Assembly (NCBI RefSeq): GCF_006345805.1
Contig: NW_021833428.1
Coordinates: forward strand, 1 to 64,000
Reading direction: 5' to 3'
Source: Octopus sinensis
Lineage: Eukaryota
Length of the DNA: 64,000 nucleotides
The position numbers and the translations under genes are program-made. Positions 1 through 12,659 of the stretch are shown here, piece after piece. The notes beneath the pieces are model-generated. The model ran no database searches. It was not told the DNA's origin and was given only the letters and a program-made list of their open reading frames with translations. How positions within the stretch are numbered: the first letter of the stretch is position 1; every line of letters starts with the position of its first letter.

Positions 1-1897
1 GTTGTTGATCGATGTGTTCTAAAGAACTTTCCGACCGCTATGAAATATTAAAAACTCTCAACTACGAAAATTTAACCAACGAAGAAGTAAATATAAAAAA
101 ACCATAATTAAAATAAGATTCAGGGTGAAGTAAATAAACTCTTTATTCTACGAAATAAAGCTCAAGAGACTCCAAAATTAAAAATAAAGACAGCCAAAGT
201 AAATTGAACTAACATTCACTCAGGGCACTAAAGACTTTATTCCTTCTCAAATGATTATCAGAGAGGAGATTCTCAATAAAATTATTTCCTGCTTTAAGCA
301 ACACGGAGCCGAAAGAATCGACACCCCAGTTTTTGAACGCAAGGAATTATTAACGGGGAAATATGGAGAGGACTCGAAATTGATCTACGATTTGGCAGAC
401 CAGGGAGGGGAATTGTTGTCTCTAAGATATGATCTAACAGTTTTTTATCACTAAAAATACCTGAAGGTCCCTTTTGCCAGATATTTGGCATCGAGAAAGA
501 TTATGAATATGAAAAGATATCACATTGGTAAAGTATACAGGAGAGACAATCCCGCTATGGGTCGCGGAAGGTTTAGGGAGTTCATGCAATGTGTAAGTTC
601 TACAAGAAACTATTTCCTAAGGACTTTGACATTGCCGGAGACTATTCCTCGTTGCTGCCAGATGCGGAGGTGTTACGGATAATTTATGAGATTTTCACTA
701 ATCTCGATTTGTCTGATTTTGTAATAAAGGTGATATTGCTGTATCAAAGGGTAGATAAACAGTAGAAAATTGCTGGACGGGTTGTTGGAATCTTTAGATT
801 CTCCTCCTGATAAATTCACAACGATTTGTTCTTCGATTGATAAATTAGACAAAGTACTCTGATTTTTAATACAATTGAGATTTCATGGGATGAAGTTGAA
901 ACTGAGCTGCTGCAAATTAAAAATATTAATTCACATGTGGTTGGAAACCTTAAGAAATATGTTCAACTAAACGGTTTTATTTGAATGATTAATTATTTTA
1001 TTAACTTGAATATGATAATTATATAGGAGGAAAGGAGTTGGTCGAAAAATTACAAATGGACGAAACATTGAAAAGAAATGCAGGTGCTCAAGAAGCTTTG
1101 AAGGAAATGGAGACCCTTTTTGAGTATTGCGAATCTTTTGGAATAGCTTCCAAAGTAGTTTAACAGCTAATATTAGTTAAATTTCGACTTGAGTTTGGCG
1201 AGAGGGTTGGATTATTACACAGGACTTATATTTGAAGTACAGTTTATAGGTTTTGTGTTTTGCATATTTCAATTAGGGCAGTGTGAAGACGAGTATTCTG
1301 TGGGAAGTGTTGCGGGAGGCGGCCGTTATGATAACTTAGTAAATATGTTTCAAGAGAAGGGATCACAAATTCCCTGTGTCGGTTTCTCCATTGGAGTTGA
1401 ACGCCTTTTCGCATTTTCAGAATCGCAATTAAAAGTTTTTTTTAATATTTCGATAAATAACTACAAAAATTAATTATTTTCAGAAAAATAATCAAAACTT
1501 GAAGACAAACTACACAGACGTGTTTGTGATTTCGATTCCAAGCAAAGAGAAGAGTAATCAAATGATTCATGAAAGGATCAAATTGTGTCGCGAATTGTTT
1601 GATGGGGGAATTAATGTATCCGTGATCGAATCATATACGTAGACCGAGTTTTGTTATAAAGAAAATACAAAATTTAAAGGGCAAAAAATTATATGTCAAG
1701 ACAAGAAAATAAAGTTTGCGGTCATCATTGGGGAGGATGAAATTGCGAACGAAATTGTGGTTATTCAACGAGTTAATTCTCGGGAGGAGGTTTTTGTGAT
1801 TATATTTGATTGTTAGGTCAGGGTACCTCGATGCGAGGTAATAAAAGAGTTGGAAAGGATGATAATTTCAGAAGAGAGAAGTCAAAGAGAAAATTAG
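1..1897 (+). CDS. HARS1: Histidyl-tRNA synthetase, multi-exon, 5' end probably outside window
   Basis: Spliced peptides KTAK|[32 protein letters not shown]|[15 protein letters not shown]|[29 protein letters not shown]; GT-AG micro-introns e.g. 199-223, 440-466, 593-621, 730-754; stop TAG 1895-1897. Confidence 0.96.
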
Positions 1898-2156
1898 TCT
1901 TTTACTTTTATGCTTATTTGTAATGGCTTATATTGTCTAGGATTCGAATAAAGATTAATTGTATTATAGAGAGAAATTAAACATATTTTTAGTTATAGCT
2001 ATTATTTAGATACAGTCTAAAGTCTGTTTTGGAAAACCTCCGGGATCGCCCAAAAAAGGGTTGCACTGTTAAAAAATAAAAGGGTGGAGAGATAAATTCA
2101 AGTCCAGTAGAAGAAAGATAGGCGTATCATTTAATGAAATGCGAATTAGAATCAAA

Positions 2157-2229
2157 GGCCGCGTGGCCTAACGGATAAGGCGTCTGGCTTCGAACCAGAA
2201 GATTGTGGGTTCGAATCCCATCGTGGTCG
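2157..2229 (+). tRNA. tRNA-Arg(TCG)
   Basis: 73-nt cloverleaf; anticodon arm tctgg-ct-TCG-aa-ccaga; T-loop GGTTCGAATCC; followed by an oligo-T Pol III terminator. Confidence 0.96.
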
Positions 2230-2329
2230 TTTTTTCTATATAAATTTAAAAAAATTTTATTGTATAAAGTTTATGTAGAAGAGGTAGCCTACAAATTAAA
2301 AAAAATTTTATAGATTACCGGGTTCGCAA

Positions 2330-4250
2330 AAACTAACAATCAGACATTGCCCATTTTTGTGGGAACAACACGTTCTTCACTTCGGCGAAGAAGTCAATGC
2401 ACTTGGCCATGATTTTTTTCATTAGTCTTGAGATTATTGGCTATTGGACGGTAGTTGCTAGTTAGATTCATTGCCTTTGCAGGCTTTTTGACCATCCGGA
2501 CCTTGGAGATTTTCCATACTTTTGATATGTGGCTCCATTTCAGGTTTGCCAAAGACAGTCTTGCCAGGAACGTTGTTTCTTACCGTACGAATCACTTTTG
2601 CGGAGGTGATCAAGTAATGGTCCGAGGACAATTGGCGTAGCAGTGGTTCCGACTCGCCACCTTGCGGTGTTCCTGAATACGCCTCTTGGAGTTCAGGTGT
2701 TCTGCAAATATTTCTGGAATCTCCTTCGGCTAAGCAGGCATGCCGGAATGATTGCACAACCTCGGTTGTGCCATTTGCTTGCGACGTTGAGCTTTATCGT
2801 GTAATCAAGTTTTCGTCCAATCGCACACATTATTTTTTTAAGTGTGGGTCAGGCGATAAAGTTCACATTGCGTCTGAGTTTGTACTACAAACTCTTTCTT
2901 TCGCTGAGGAAGTTTGTAACTTTGGTGTTTGGATTAACCTTCTGCCCCTGCCAAGTACGTGGCTTGTTTGCTTGAGTGTTCAGATAGCATTGCATGAATC
3001 TCGTTTACGCCTCACTCGAGATGTCGATATCAAGGACAAAGCCGTAACTGACCAGGCGACAGTAGTCGTGCTAGAATGCACTCACAGAGCTTAGTAGTGC
3101 GGCCAGTTGATCTTTGATAGGATGTATCGAGTGGATTAAAGTTCTTACTTTTCGATGTCCGCGTGAATTTTGACCTCAATTGGTAAATGGCCATTCCCCA
3201 TGTCATCGTACCGTGGGCTTTTTTATTAAATCCGCGACAGTATGCGAGCAGACGCTCAAACAAAGTTGTCCCAGGGAGAGAGGTTTTGCCAATACATGGC
3301 TCCGACTTTCAGCTAGAAAGATTCGGTTTTCACCTTCAGAGATAGGAATTCACAAAGAGTGTCCTCGATAATATTGAAGTTACGGACTTGAAGTTTATCA
3401 AGAGAGAATATGTTCCATCCGGTTCTAGGATAAAGCAGATAGTCCATTTTAGATTCAGGTACCGGGGGATTTAGTATGAGTAATCTTCCTTGAGCGTGGA
3501 CTCGTTGGCGACAATAATGTCTGGACGACTGCTGTTTACCATCTCACGAAATCGTGGTGCCTTCTCTTGATAGATCGGGCATTCACAGCGATGATCTTAA
3601 TATGAGCTATGTTGTTGGTGTGCTTCCCTATAATAGGAGCTGTTGCAGCATTTCAGGTTCTACACCTAGTTTTATCAGTGCTTCCACATAAAGGCAAAAG
3701 AATTTTAAAAAGGCATCTCTGTTGCACAGGTCCTGGTCCGAGTAGGTATCTATTTGCGACGAAGTATTGTCTTCTTGCAGGTGACAGTCGTACGACCAGC
3801 TCTGGTACTGGAACTGATGTCAGCCATCGGCTTCGGATTGATGAATGGGTTGAGTTTTGGCAGTGTCTGGATGCAGACATCGACTTTGGACGGACCAGGG
3901 ATGGACCCCTTCGTTCATACTGATTCTGTTTGTTCGACCTTTGCCCAGCGGACCGGGTTTCTAGGCAGCGGACTGTTTACAACCCGTATGGCAGCTTTCT
4001 TGGCTTTGGCTGACTGGCATCCACCAGATATCCAGGATTGTTGCAATTTATGCAGGTTCTCTCAGCAGGGTCGTTGGAACCGGGTTTTGTTTTCGGTCAG
4101 TTCTTGTGTTTATGTTCGCCCCCATAGAGCAGATACCGGACTTTTTCGGTGCACCCCTGGGACTTGTGTTCAAATTGGTTGCATCTGAGGCATCTAACGG
4201 CCGGGAGGATTATGTCATTTCCAATGGATGACTGAAGCCTGCTGTAATTC
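2330..4250 (-). mobile_element. Degenerate non-LTR retrotransposon 5' half: gag-like ORF1 zinc knuckles plus APE endonuclease
   Basis: Minus strand encodes knuckle remnants (LYGGEHKHKN, CINCNNPG), an APE start (KIIAVNARSI) and an SDH motif (LSSDHYLI); many stops and frameshifts. Confidence 0.7.
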
Positions 4251-4299
4251 CAAAGCTGATGAGGCTGTTAGCCTCGGCTCTGCAGTCGAGCGTCAGCTT

Positions 4300-5545
4300 C
4301 CTAACATATCAATTCTTTCTCGATAATTCTTTGTTATATCATCTTTTAATCAATCACTTAACTACAAATCCGTCTCATATCGAATCTTTTCAATTATTCC
4401 AATGCCTTATTTGCTTGACCAATAATACTTGGAAGAAGGCGAGGAAATGCTTCAACTGCCAGAGAGATGTTCACTTATCTCGTGCCGGTTTAACTAAGTT
4501 ATCATCTGCGGCCCTTGCAATCTGGAAATGTCCAACGGGTCTAAGTGTTTCAAAGTCAGAATTTTTTCAAAATCCTCCACCTTTGTTTTATTCAGCTGTT
4601 CGTGACATCCTCTTCAAAGATGTGTTATCCACTGTTGCCGGTCTGCGCCGGGCACGGAAGATATGCATAAAAATTTCGAAAGCCGCTAGGATTGCCGTCG
4701 CTGACAGGTGCCAACAATAGAGCGTCTTTTTGGATTAGTTAGTACTCACGAACTCCCTGACATGCAGGAAGCCGGCGGTTGTCATTGAAGGGGATTTTGA
4801 CGTTTCGTGTACTAGAGTTTTTTATCTTCTAAACCTAGTTAATTCTTAAGATTAAACTGGAGAACTGCGCAAAATCTAAATTAGTTAGCCTCAACCTTGG
4901 TAATGAACCCTTTGACCATCTATCATCGTCCTTCCACACTGGTCTTGTCAAAAGCGCACGATTGATGTCAACGATCTCCTGATTCTCGGATCCTCCATTC
5001 TATCAACCGCTATTAAGACTGATCTTCGTATTAAAAATTTCACACTCATTCGTTTTTTGAACCGCCTTACAACTTTGGACACCCATGTCGGCTTTTTTTT
5101 CGCGAATAACTTTTTCGCCCTGGCCAAATTACTCTACTACCTCAGAAGTGCACCATGTTATCTGCATGTGGACATTCTTACTGATCTTCCCTGCATCCTT
5201 CGAACAACATCGTTTGGCCTGCTTTAAGACGGCCTGTCTTTCCTACAGCGGTTCCTGTTTAAATGCCGCTCTACTACCAAGTATTGGGAACCTTTTGTAC
5301 AATGAGTCCGTTAGGACTGGGGTTTGTTTACGCCTCGTATTTCGCATATTTGAGCCACATGTCTGCCCCTGTGGTGCAAAAAATCTGTCGTTTTGGTCTG
5401 CACGCTTTATCGTGTAGGTGCAGTTCTGGTCGTATCCTACGACACGCTGCTCTAAATGACCTTATCGTGAGAGCTTTGGAAGTCGCCGGAATCCCCTCCA
5501 TAGTTGAACACATTGGGATCAATCGGGGGAATGGCAAGAAACCTT
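4300..5545 (+). mobile_element. Internally deleted CRE-like RLE non-LTR retrotransposon
   Basis: Cys-rich N-terminus (CFNCQRDVHL..GL..WKC); C-terminal CLRL..EPHVCPCG..GLHALSC..GR..RHAALND..GIPS..E..G..GKKP. Confidence 0.75.
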
Positions 5546-6003
5546 TAGAAGTGAAAAAAATTTCCAGTGCCTTTGTTACGCCGAAATCTCCATTGGTCTT
5601 GCAAAAGATACTTTTTATCTTTAATATAAGTTGATTGTCTTTTAACGACATTTTTTCCCACGATTTTTTAGATAGGATATAGGAGACTGATTGACTTGTA
5701 ATTTGCAGGATCAGAACTCGATCAGAAATGTAACCACTTAAGTTCAGTAAAGCGCTAGGCTCGTGACATATGTCATGCAAAAAATTCCGAGATTCTCTTT
5801 AGCTTTAAGGCGTTTCCCGATGCCTTTGAGGTTCTCGTCGAGAATTTTATTTATTTATTAATATGACGGGCAACATAGATTTTAGTTAATCTTTAAAATT
5901 AATGATTAATCAAACTATCTAAAGAGTTTATCTCTGATTTTTATATTTATCAAAAACGAATAAATAATTTAACATTATTGTATTTCAATATCTGAGTCTT
6001 GTG

Positions 6004-7129
6004 ATGCTGACATATTTATTTCCATGGCGCTTGTTTGGCAACATAAGAAAAAATTTATTTGCTTTTTTAGTTCTTATTTCGATTAATGTATCATTCTTTC
6101 AGTGGCTTTGTCTAGCACTTTTTTCAAGTAATCACGCATTTTTAATATTAGATATTAATTCCCCGTCAATTTTTCGCATTTTTTGTGCAATTCTTTTTAA
6201 TCTCATAATCTCAAGACTGTCTAGGTCCTCGCTTACAAGTTCTGGGATAATTACTGGTTTATTATTATATAAAATATAATTTAATTATAAGTATATTTTA
6301 AACACAATAGCATTTTTTATTGGTATAATTGTTTATGTTTCTTCTCCAATTTGTTTCATAACTTTAATAATATATTTTGGAATTGCATCCAAAGCAACAA
6401 AATTTCGAAAATCAACTAAAAGACGCATTTATAATAAACCAGGAAATATACTTTTATTTATTATTTAGACTCAAAAAGAAATTGGATTCAAGTAATTTGT
6501 AATGGCGGAATTCCCGCTCTTTCAATTTTGGGAGTTTTAAAAAATGGGCAATTGAACGACCCCGCAATTGATTTTGGGAAATTATTTTTAACCTCAAATT
6601 CAAAAATTGCATTTCTTGGGTCTTTGTCATGCTCTCTGGCCGATACCCTGGCTTCAGAAATAGGATCATCCTTTACATCATTTACAACATATTCGATAAT
6701 TTCTTTTAAAATTGTGTCTCCGGGAGTAAATGGAGGGGTCACTTTGATCGGGACTTTTATGAGTTTTTTAGGAGGGATTGTGATCGGTGTGATATTTTAT
6801 ATTTCTACATATATATATCACTACATGTTCTCAACACTTGCTGAGGATCCTCAGTGGCCGATAATACTTGTTTGTTGTATAGCTGGCACTGTTGGATCAG
6901 TTCTTGATTCTTTGTTGGGATCTATTTTACAATTTTCTGGTTAAAATTTGTTTTGGTTTTTCTAGGAAAAAATAAAGATGGAAAAATAACTGATTCTCCT
7001 GGAGAAGATGTTGAACATATTTCTGGATGGGACCTGCTAACCAATAATGAAGTTAACTTGGTTGTATCGTGTGTTACTGCTTTTATATCACCTTATTTTG
7101 GACATGTCTTATGGGAAATGATTTCTTAA
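6004..7129 (+). CDS. TMEM19: Transmembrane protein 19 (DUF92), multi-exon
   Basis: RNWIQVICNGG, CSLADTLASEIG, VSPGVNGGVTLIG, GSVLDSLLGSILQFSG, ISGWDLLTNNEVNL; start codon uncertain. Confidence 0.9.
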
Positions 7130-7619
7130 TAATTAGTGGAGTTATGATTTACTCTTTAAGTTTTTGATATTTGTTATAATTAGCTTTTAATTATAAAAAT
7201 TACATAAGAGTTTTATTTGGCATTCTTTTCGAGAATCATCATGAATATAATTTACAAGGCCCAATTAATGAGGATTAATATCTCCTAGGAAGAATGGTTG
7301 ATTTAATAAACAAAGGTTACATGTTTATACGCTGAGTTTACATCGCTTGTCTAGCCTACACTTAAATATTCAAAGTATGTTTTTGATTCGTATTTGGACA
7401 ATTTTCTACTTTTAATCAATGAATTATTTGTTAACTAGGTCAATTAAAAAATTTTAAACATTATTTAATTATATAAAATTAGGCTTGAAAATAATTAACA
7501 CGTAGTCTTGTCTTGATGTAAATCTTCTGTTATTTTTTCTTTTTTCTAAATACATATTTTTTTTGAATTACTTACCCAAACTCAATAAGTTAATTAGTCA
7601 TTTTCAATGAAAGGAATAA

Positions 7620-8820
7620 AGTTTAATGATTTTATTCTTTTGTCAGTCTACTGGTTTCTACTCTAAAAGTCTACGAGCCACAAAACTACATTCAGTGCAC
7701 CTGTTCAAGATAATCGACGAATTTGCAGTATCCTTACAATTATTATATTAGGCTTATTGATATCGAGTCCAAAGAATTCGAATGCATCGACAAGAAGATT
7801 CTTTAAATCGTAACGGACAATTGAATAAATTTCCGGCAAGTAAAAAAAGAAAGTCTATGGTCAGGTCTCGAGTCTATAAGTAGTAAAGCTTAACGAATTC
7901 TCCCAAAGTTTCTTTGAAACCTTGAACATAAAGTCAATCACTGTTTGAGAAGGCCAGAGATTCTAATGGTCATACAAAAAAGAAAAAACATATATGCCCA
8001 CAATTGGGGATTTTATTTTTTGAAAGTACAACATTGGCAATGTGAAAGGATTGACATCCAAAGAACTAAAAAAGATTAAACATCTGATAGTAAAAATTGA
8101 GTAGAAACTGTTACATTAAATTCTATATCAGTGTTTGAAAAGTACTGAAGTGAACGTTGTCAAATCTGAAAGGTGGCTAATAAACGGAAATAACTCTCCG
8201 CCAGTTGATGGAATGTTATGCTTACTGAAAGGCCGCAATTTGTTTTTCTGGTGTGGTGAAAATTAATGTAAGCACTATAATTCTGCAAAAAGACAGTTGA
8301 CAACCTTACTAAGAAATGTGAGAGGATGCTCAGCAGCTTATACAGTCCGACACCGCCCCAATTGGCGATCCAAACCGGAATCGGACTGTATTTTAAACAG
8401 ATAACGAGACCGTCAAGTGCATGCATCTGCATTTATGCAGCAAAATTCATTCAGTTCAATCTGCTGTGACTAATGAGTTTGACGAAATAAGAGTAAATAA
8501 AACAATCAGAATCGACACTGTAGTGAAAACAACAAACCCGATATTCTTTCCATGACAATACAACGATCCAGATTGCCATTATCAAGATCGGAACGTCCCA
8601 GCATCGCCTCAGACAGGTAGAAGTGAAGCAAATGTACAAATACGACCTGCTAGCATGCTAACTGGAAATTATCCATAAAGGAAAAGTATTCCTTGTCCTG
8701 CTTAGCTAGAGTGGTTGATTCAGGTTTTTCGAAATTTGCACTATAATTAAACAATTATGAAACGCAAGAAAAAAATATTTGAGGAGATTGAGGAGACGCA
8801 AGGTGGAGAATGAAGATTAA
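7620..8820 (+). mobile_element. R4-like RLE retrotransposon 3' fragment (degenerate)
   Basis: SERWLINGNNSPPVDGMLCLLKGRNLFF, KTVDNL..CERML, ETVKCMHLHLC, EIRVNKTI..NKPDI. Confidence 0.75.
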
Positions 8821-9052
8821 AATTTTTGCTTGACATTTCATATAAAAATTGCATTTTGAAATCTATTGAAAACACCCTAGACAGAAGACTAGGCATTTTT
8901 CAAACCAGGTAAAATAAAAGCAAAATTTTAAAAATTAAAACAATTATTGTTAATCGACCTATCTATTTGTGCTTCATGTAATTTAAAATTTGTACTTTAA
9001 TTAAAAAATTATTTTTATAAGCATAACTAAGAATAAATCATTAATTTAAATA

Positions 9053-10487
9053 TTAAAGGACTTCCAAAATTTCAGGACATTGTACAAGCACTTTGACGAG
9101 GAGTTGATCATAACGATCCTTCAAATCTTTAAAAGATTGTTTAAGCGAATTATTTTCTGCAATTAAATCTTTAAGTGCGTAATAATTAAAAAAACCAATA
9201 TTTTTTTTATTCAAGTCGTCAATTTTAGCATTTAGTACAGAAGCCTGGTCATCAAATGGATTCAACGTACGGTTTGAGTGAACAGAATCATTAACCTAAT
9301 TGTTGATAAAATTTTAATAATAAATCATACCACAAAATCTTTAATTTTTTGAGACATTCTTCTGTCCTTAACACTTTTCCCCCTATTTTGTGCACAAAGA
9401 GAGGTACTACATGTTCCCTTTCCCCTGGTTCTAGAAGTAATTATAACTTCAGCTTCCTCAATTGAATCCTAGTAATTATAGCATACAGTAATTATACAAG
9501 CAAATTAGCTTCTATCGTAGCAAATAAAAGACTAGAAGAATGATAGAGGACATTTGACAATATTGATATCCCTCCAATCTCAACGTCGGCAATGTCCTGG
9601 ATCGAAGAACCAAAATTTTTTCCGTGAATAGAAATTTTTTGTCTTTTGTTCATTTTTATGAACCTTGGGTCAATTTTCTCCACATGGGGGACTTGGTCGT
9701 CGTTTATACAGTCAGAACAGTCTTGTCGTGAGTCGCCAATTCCACTACTAATCATCGTTTCTGTCCATGAATTCTTCTGAGATCCTTTCCGTGGGTCTTT
9801 GTGGTTATTTTTTGTGTAATCTTCGACAATAGGTGGAATTGAAGGAATCGAAGTTACACCAGTTACGACAGAAGACCCGTCAATTGAATATTTGGATGCA
9901 CTTATTTTGGGTTTTTTGGCCAAAAAAGTGGACATGGATCTTATTCGGATCGATTTATCTGCGATATCCAGGGGATATACTTTGGAGACCCAGCATTTAA
10001 AGGTTATTTGTCCTGAACAATTTGGAAAATTTTTTGATGGTTTGATTTGAAGTATTTTTAGACTATATTTTATGTAAATTGAAAACCTGCGAACTGGATC
10101 AACAGAAATATCTGTCAATGGGACCTGAATTTTCCCTATTTTTTTGGAATTGTCGCAAATTTTAAGAACAAGATCGTCTTTGCAGTCAACTTTGATTGGC
10201 CTGGGCTTAGAATTATTTTTATATACACTGTGGCCTCTTCGTTCCATTTTGGATTTCCCTCGCTTACAGGGTCGTTTGTAGTCGTAAATTTCTTGTTTCC
10301 GATGCCAAAAACACATGAAAAACTTCTCAGACCTTGGGAGTTAGATTAGAAACACAAACCGCTTTTTCTGCCCACTATGTTTTTTCCATTCATAACTAAA
10401 AATATTATTTAATCAACAGTTTAAATGATATTAAATTAGATACTTACTAATAACAGTAATTTCTTGAGGAATTATATCTGAGCTCAT
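9053..10487 (-). CDS. Rab11 family-interacting protein-like (C2 + IPT/TIG + FIP-RBD), multi-exon
   Basis: N-terminal C2 (PQEITVIIMNGKNI..FSCVFGIGNKKFTT..PKWNEEAT); central IPT (PHVEKIDP..ISIHGKNFG..EAEVIITSRTRGKGT); C-terminus DRYDQLLVKVLVQCPEIL resembles FIP-RBD. Confidence 0.75.
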
Positions 10488-11179
10488 TTATTTAAACAAG
10501 ATGTTCCTATTTCGTTAGGAATTAAACGTGAGCACAATAACACAGAACAATTAATTCAAAATTTATAATTTATTTAAAATTAATTTTATAGTTATTAAAA
10601 TTTAACAAAATAATTTATGATCGATGAATATTTCTATTTTCAATAATTTTAATTTACTAACACACTTCCTATTTTTTTGCCAAATATTCAAACAGAAATT
10701 GATCAATTTTTTTAAATTCTTGACATATTTGACTAAATACATTTTTTTTCTAATTAATATTACTACTTTCAAACAGATTTGTTGACAATTATTTCAAGTT
10801 TGTTGACAATTATTTATTTTGTTAGTATATAAACTTTTAAAAATCAATTAGTAAGTTCATTTATTCCTAAACTTATGAATACAATTTTGTAAATAACAAA
10901 ATTTGTATTTAGACTATCAGATCAGACTAAAATTAACAGGTGTATTATTGTTCTTAATTTTTGTATTTCGAATATAAAAACCACTAACTTAGATCTTAAA
11001 ATGAGTCATGACGTCAACAGATTTCCAAAAACTAGAATAAAGTCAAAATTCAATATAGCCTTTTCCATAGAGGCATACTATTTTATAGCTCCGCACAAGC
11101 AGGACACACACTTTATTTTAAATAAAGAATTTATTTTTAGCTAATCGTAGGTAGGACCGTGGAATGATCTTTACTGGTT

Positions 11180-11260
11180 TATTTATTTTTTTCCAGGATA
11201 GACAATCCAGTTCCGCAATGAATCTTCACTGATGACGACGTCACTGGTCAAGCAAAAAAT
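11180..11260 (-). mobile_element. Partial copy of SINE-like repeat
   Basis: Shares the core gttccgca..cactgatgacg.cgtcact.gtcaa with 32558-32745 and 37281-37575. Confidence 0.55.
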
Positions 11261-11399
11261 GCAGTCTGTGTTATGTAAATTTAGTCCATATTGCAAAAAC
11301 TAGAATAGTATATGAAATTTACGGTAACATTTTTCAAGTGATTTAATTACGAAATTAATAAATGATTATTTATTACTGATTTTACGTTTTCAATTAGTT

Positions 11400-12589
11400 A
11401 TGGACTTACTTGAAGTTCTCAAAAATACTTTTAGAACTAAAAGGCAAGATGATTTCATCGACCGACTTAATCACTCATTCACTACTTATTTGATTCTCTT
11501 CTTTGTTACGATTATTACTAATCAAAAAATGAAGGGAGAAATATTTTGCATGTGCCCAAGGCATCTAGAAAGTATTTTTTATTAATAATATTAATTTAGG
11601 TAGTTTCCACGGATATATTTTAGATGTTTGCTTGATATCTAAAAAATATAAAGTTCCTATTAATCAGAGCATCCATGAATCAGAAATGTATTTGATTGAA
11701 AAAAATAATTATTACAACTGGGTCATCTGGATTTTAATTGCATGTGCAATTTGTTACCAACTTCCTTGGTTCTTCTGGACTGTTATGCAAAAAGCAGGAA
11801 AATTAGTTTTAGCAGTCTTCTAGAAATTCCATTTAAGTTTGAAAAAGTAAATAATTTTCGAGACAACCAATTTTGTTTAAATTTTGCAACTAAACATTTT
11901 GAACTAATATTAAATACTCGCAATTTATGCAAAAATTAGAAAATCGTGAAACAAAAATATTTGAAATTTTTACAGATAATTCCAATGGATATTATTTATC
12001 ACATGTCTATGTTGCAACAAAATTTCTCTACATATTTAATTTAGTACTTCAAATTTATTTGACCGACATTTTATTTTCGAATGGCAAAATTACATTTTAT
12101 GGGATGAATATTTTTAAAAGTTTTATTCAAAACAAGCATACGGATTATTCTGCATATTTCCCACATATTGTTTTTTGTGATTTTTATATTAGAGAACTTG
12201 GCAGTAAAATGGTCGATAGTAAATTTCAAGTTCAGTGCACACTGCCAATAAACATTTATAATGAGATAATATTCTCACTTTATTGGTTTTGGATGGTTCT
12301 AATGCTTATTTTAAATTCTGTAAATTTAACCTTTTGGTGCTGGAATTTATTTAATAAAAAATCAATGGTTAACTACATTAAAAAATATATTAAAATACAA
12401 GAAAATAATTTTAGTCATAGTGACGAATCGATTCGGAAATTCACTATCAATTATTTAAAATCAGAAGGAATTCTTGTTCTAAGACTAATATCCCACAATT
12501 ATAACTGTGTGATCACTGGAGAGCTAATAAATGAATTATTTGACAACTACAAAATTAAATATAATATTAATAATTTTAATATAATTTAA
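11400..12589 (+). CDS. Innexin (gap-junction protein)
   Basis: DDFIDRLNH..T, CMCP, YYNWV, YLSHVYVATKFLY, FPHIVFCDF.IR.LG, VQCTLPINIYNE, YL..EGI.VLRL; two micro-introns near 11572-11599 and 11798-11823. Confidence 0.93.
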
Positions 12590-12659
12590 TTATTTTTTAA
12601 TAAAATTTGCCCTTAAATTTTCAATAATAGAAATTCTTAAATGAAAAACTTAAATTTTA

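Noticed and set aside
2230-2400. LINE close to the tRNA gene as tRNA-targeted insertion
   Set aside because: Single case, the element end is a truncation, and no TSD is seen.
8160-8639. Minus-strand hydrophobic ORFs suggesting a membrane protein gene
   Set aside because: They are antisense shadows of an R4-like retroelement on the plus strand.
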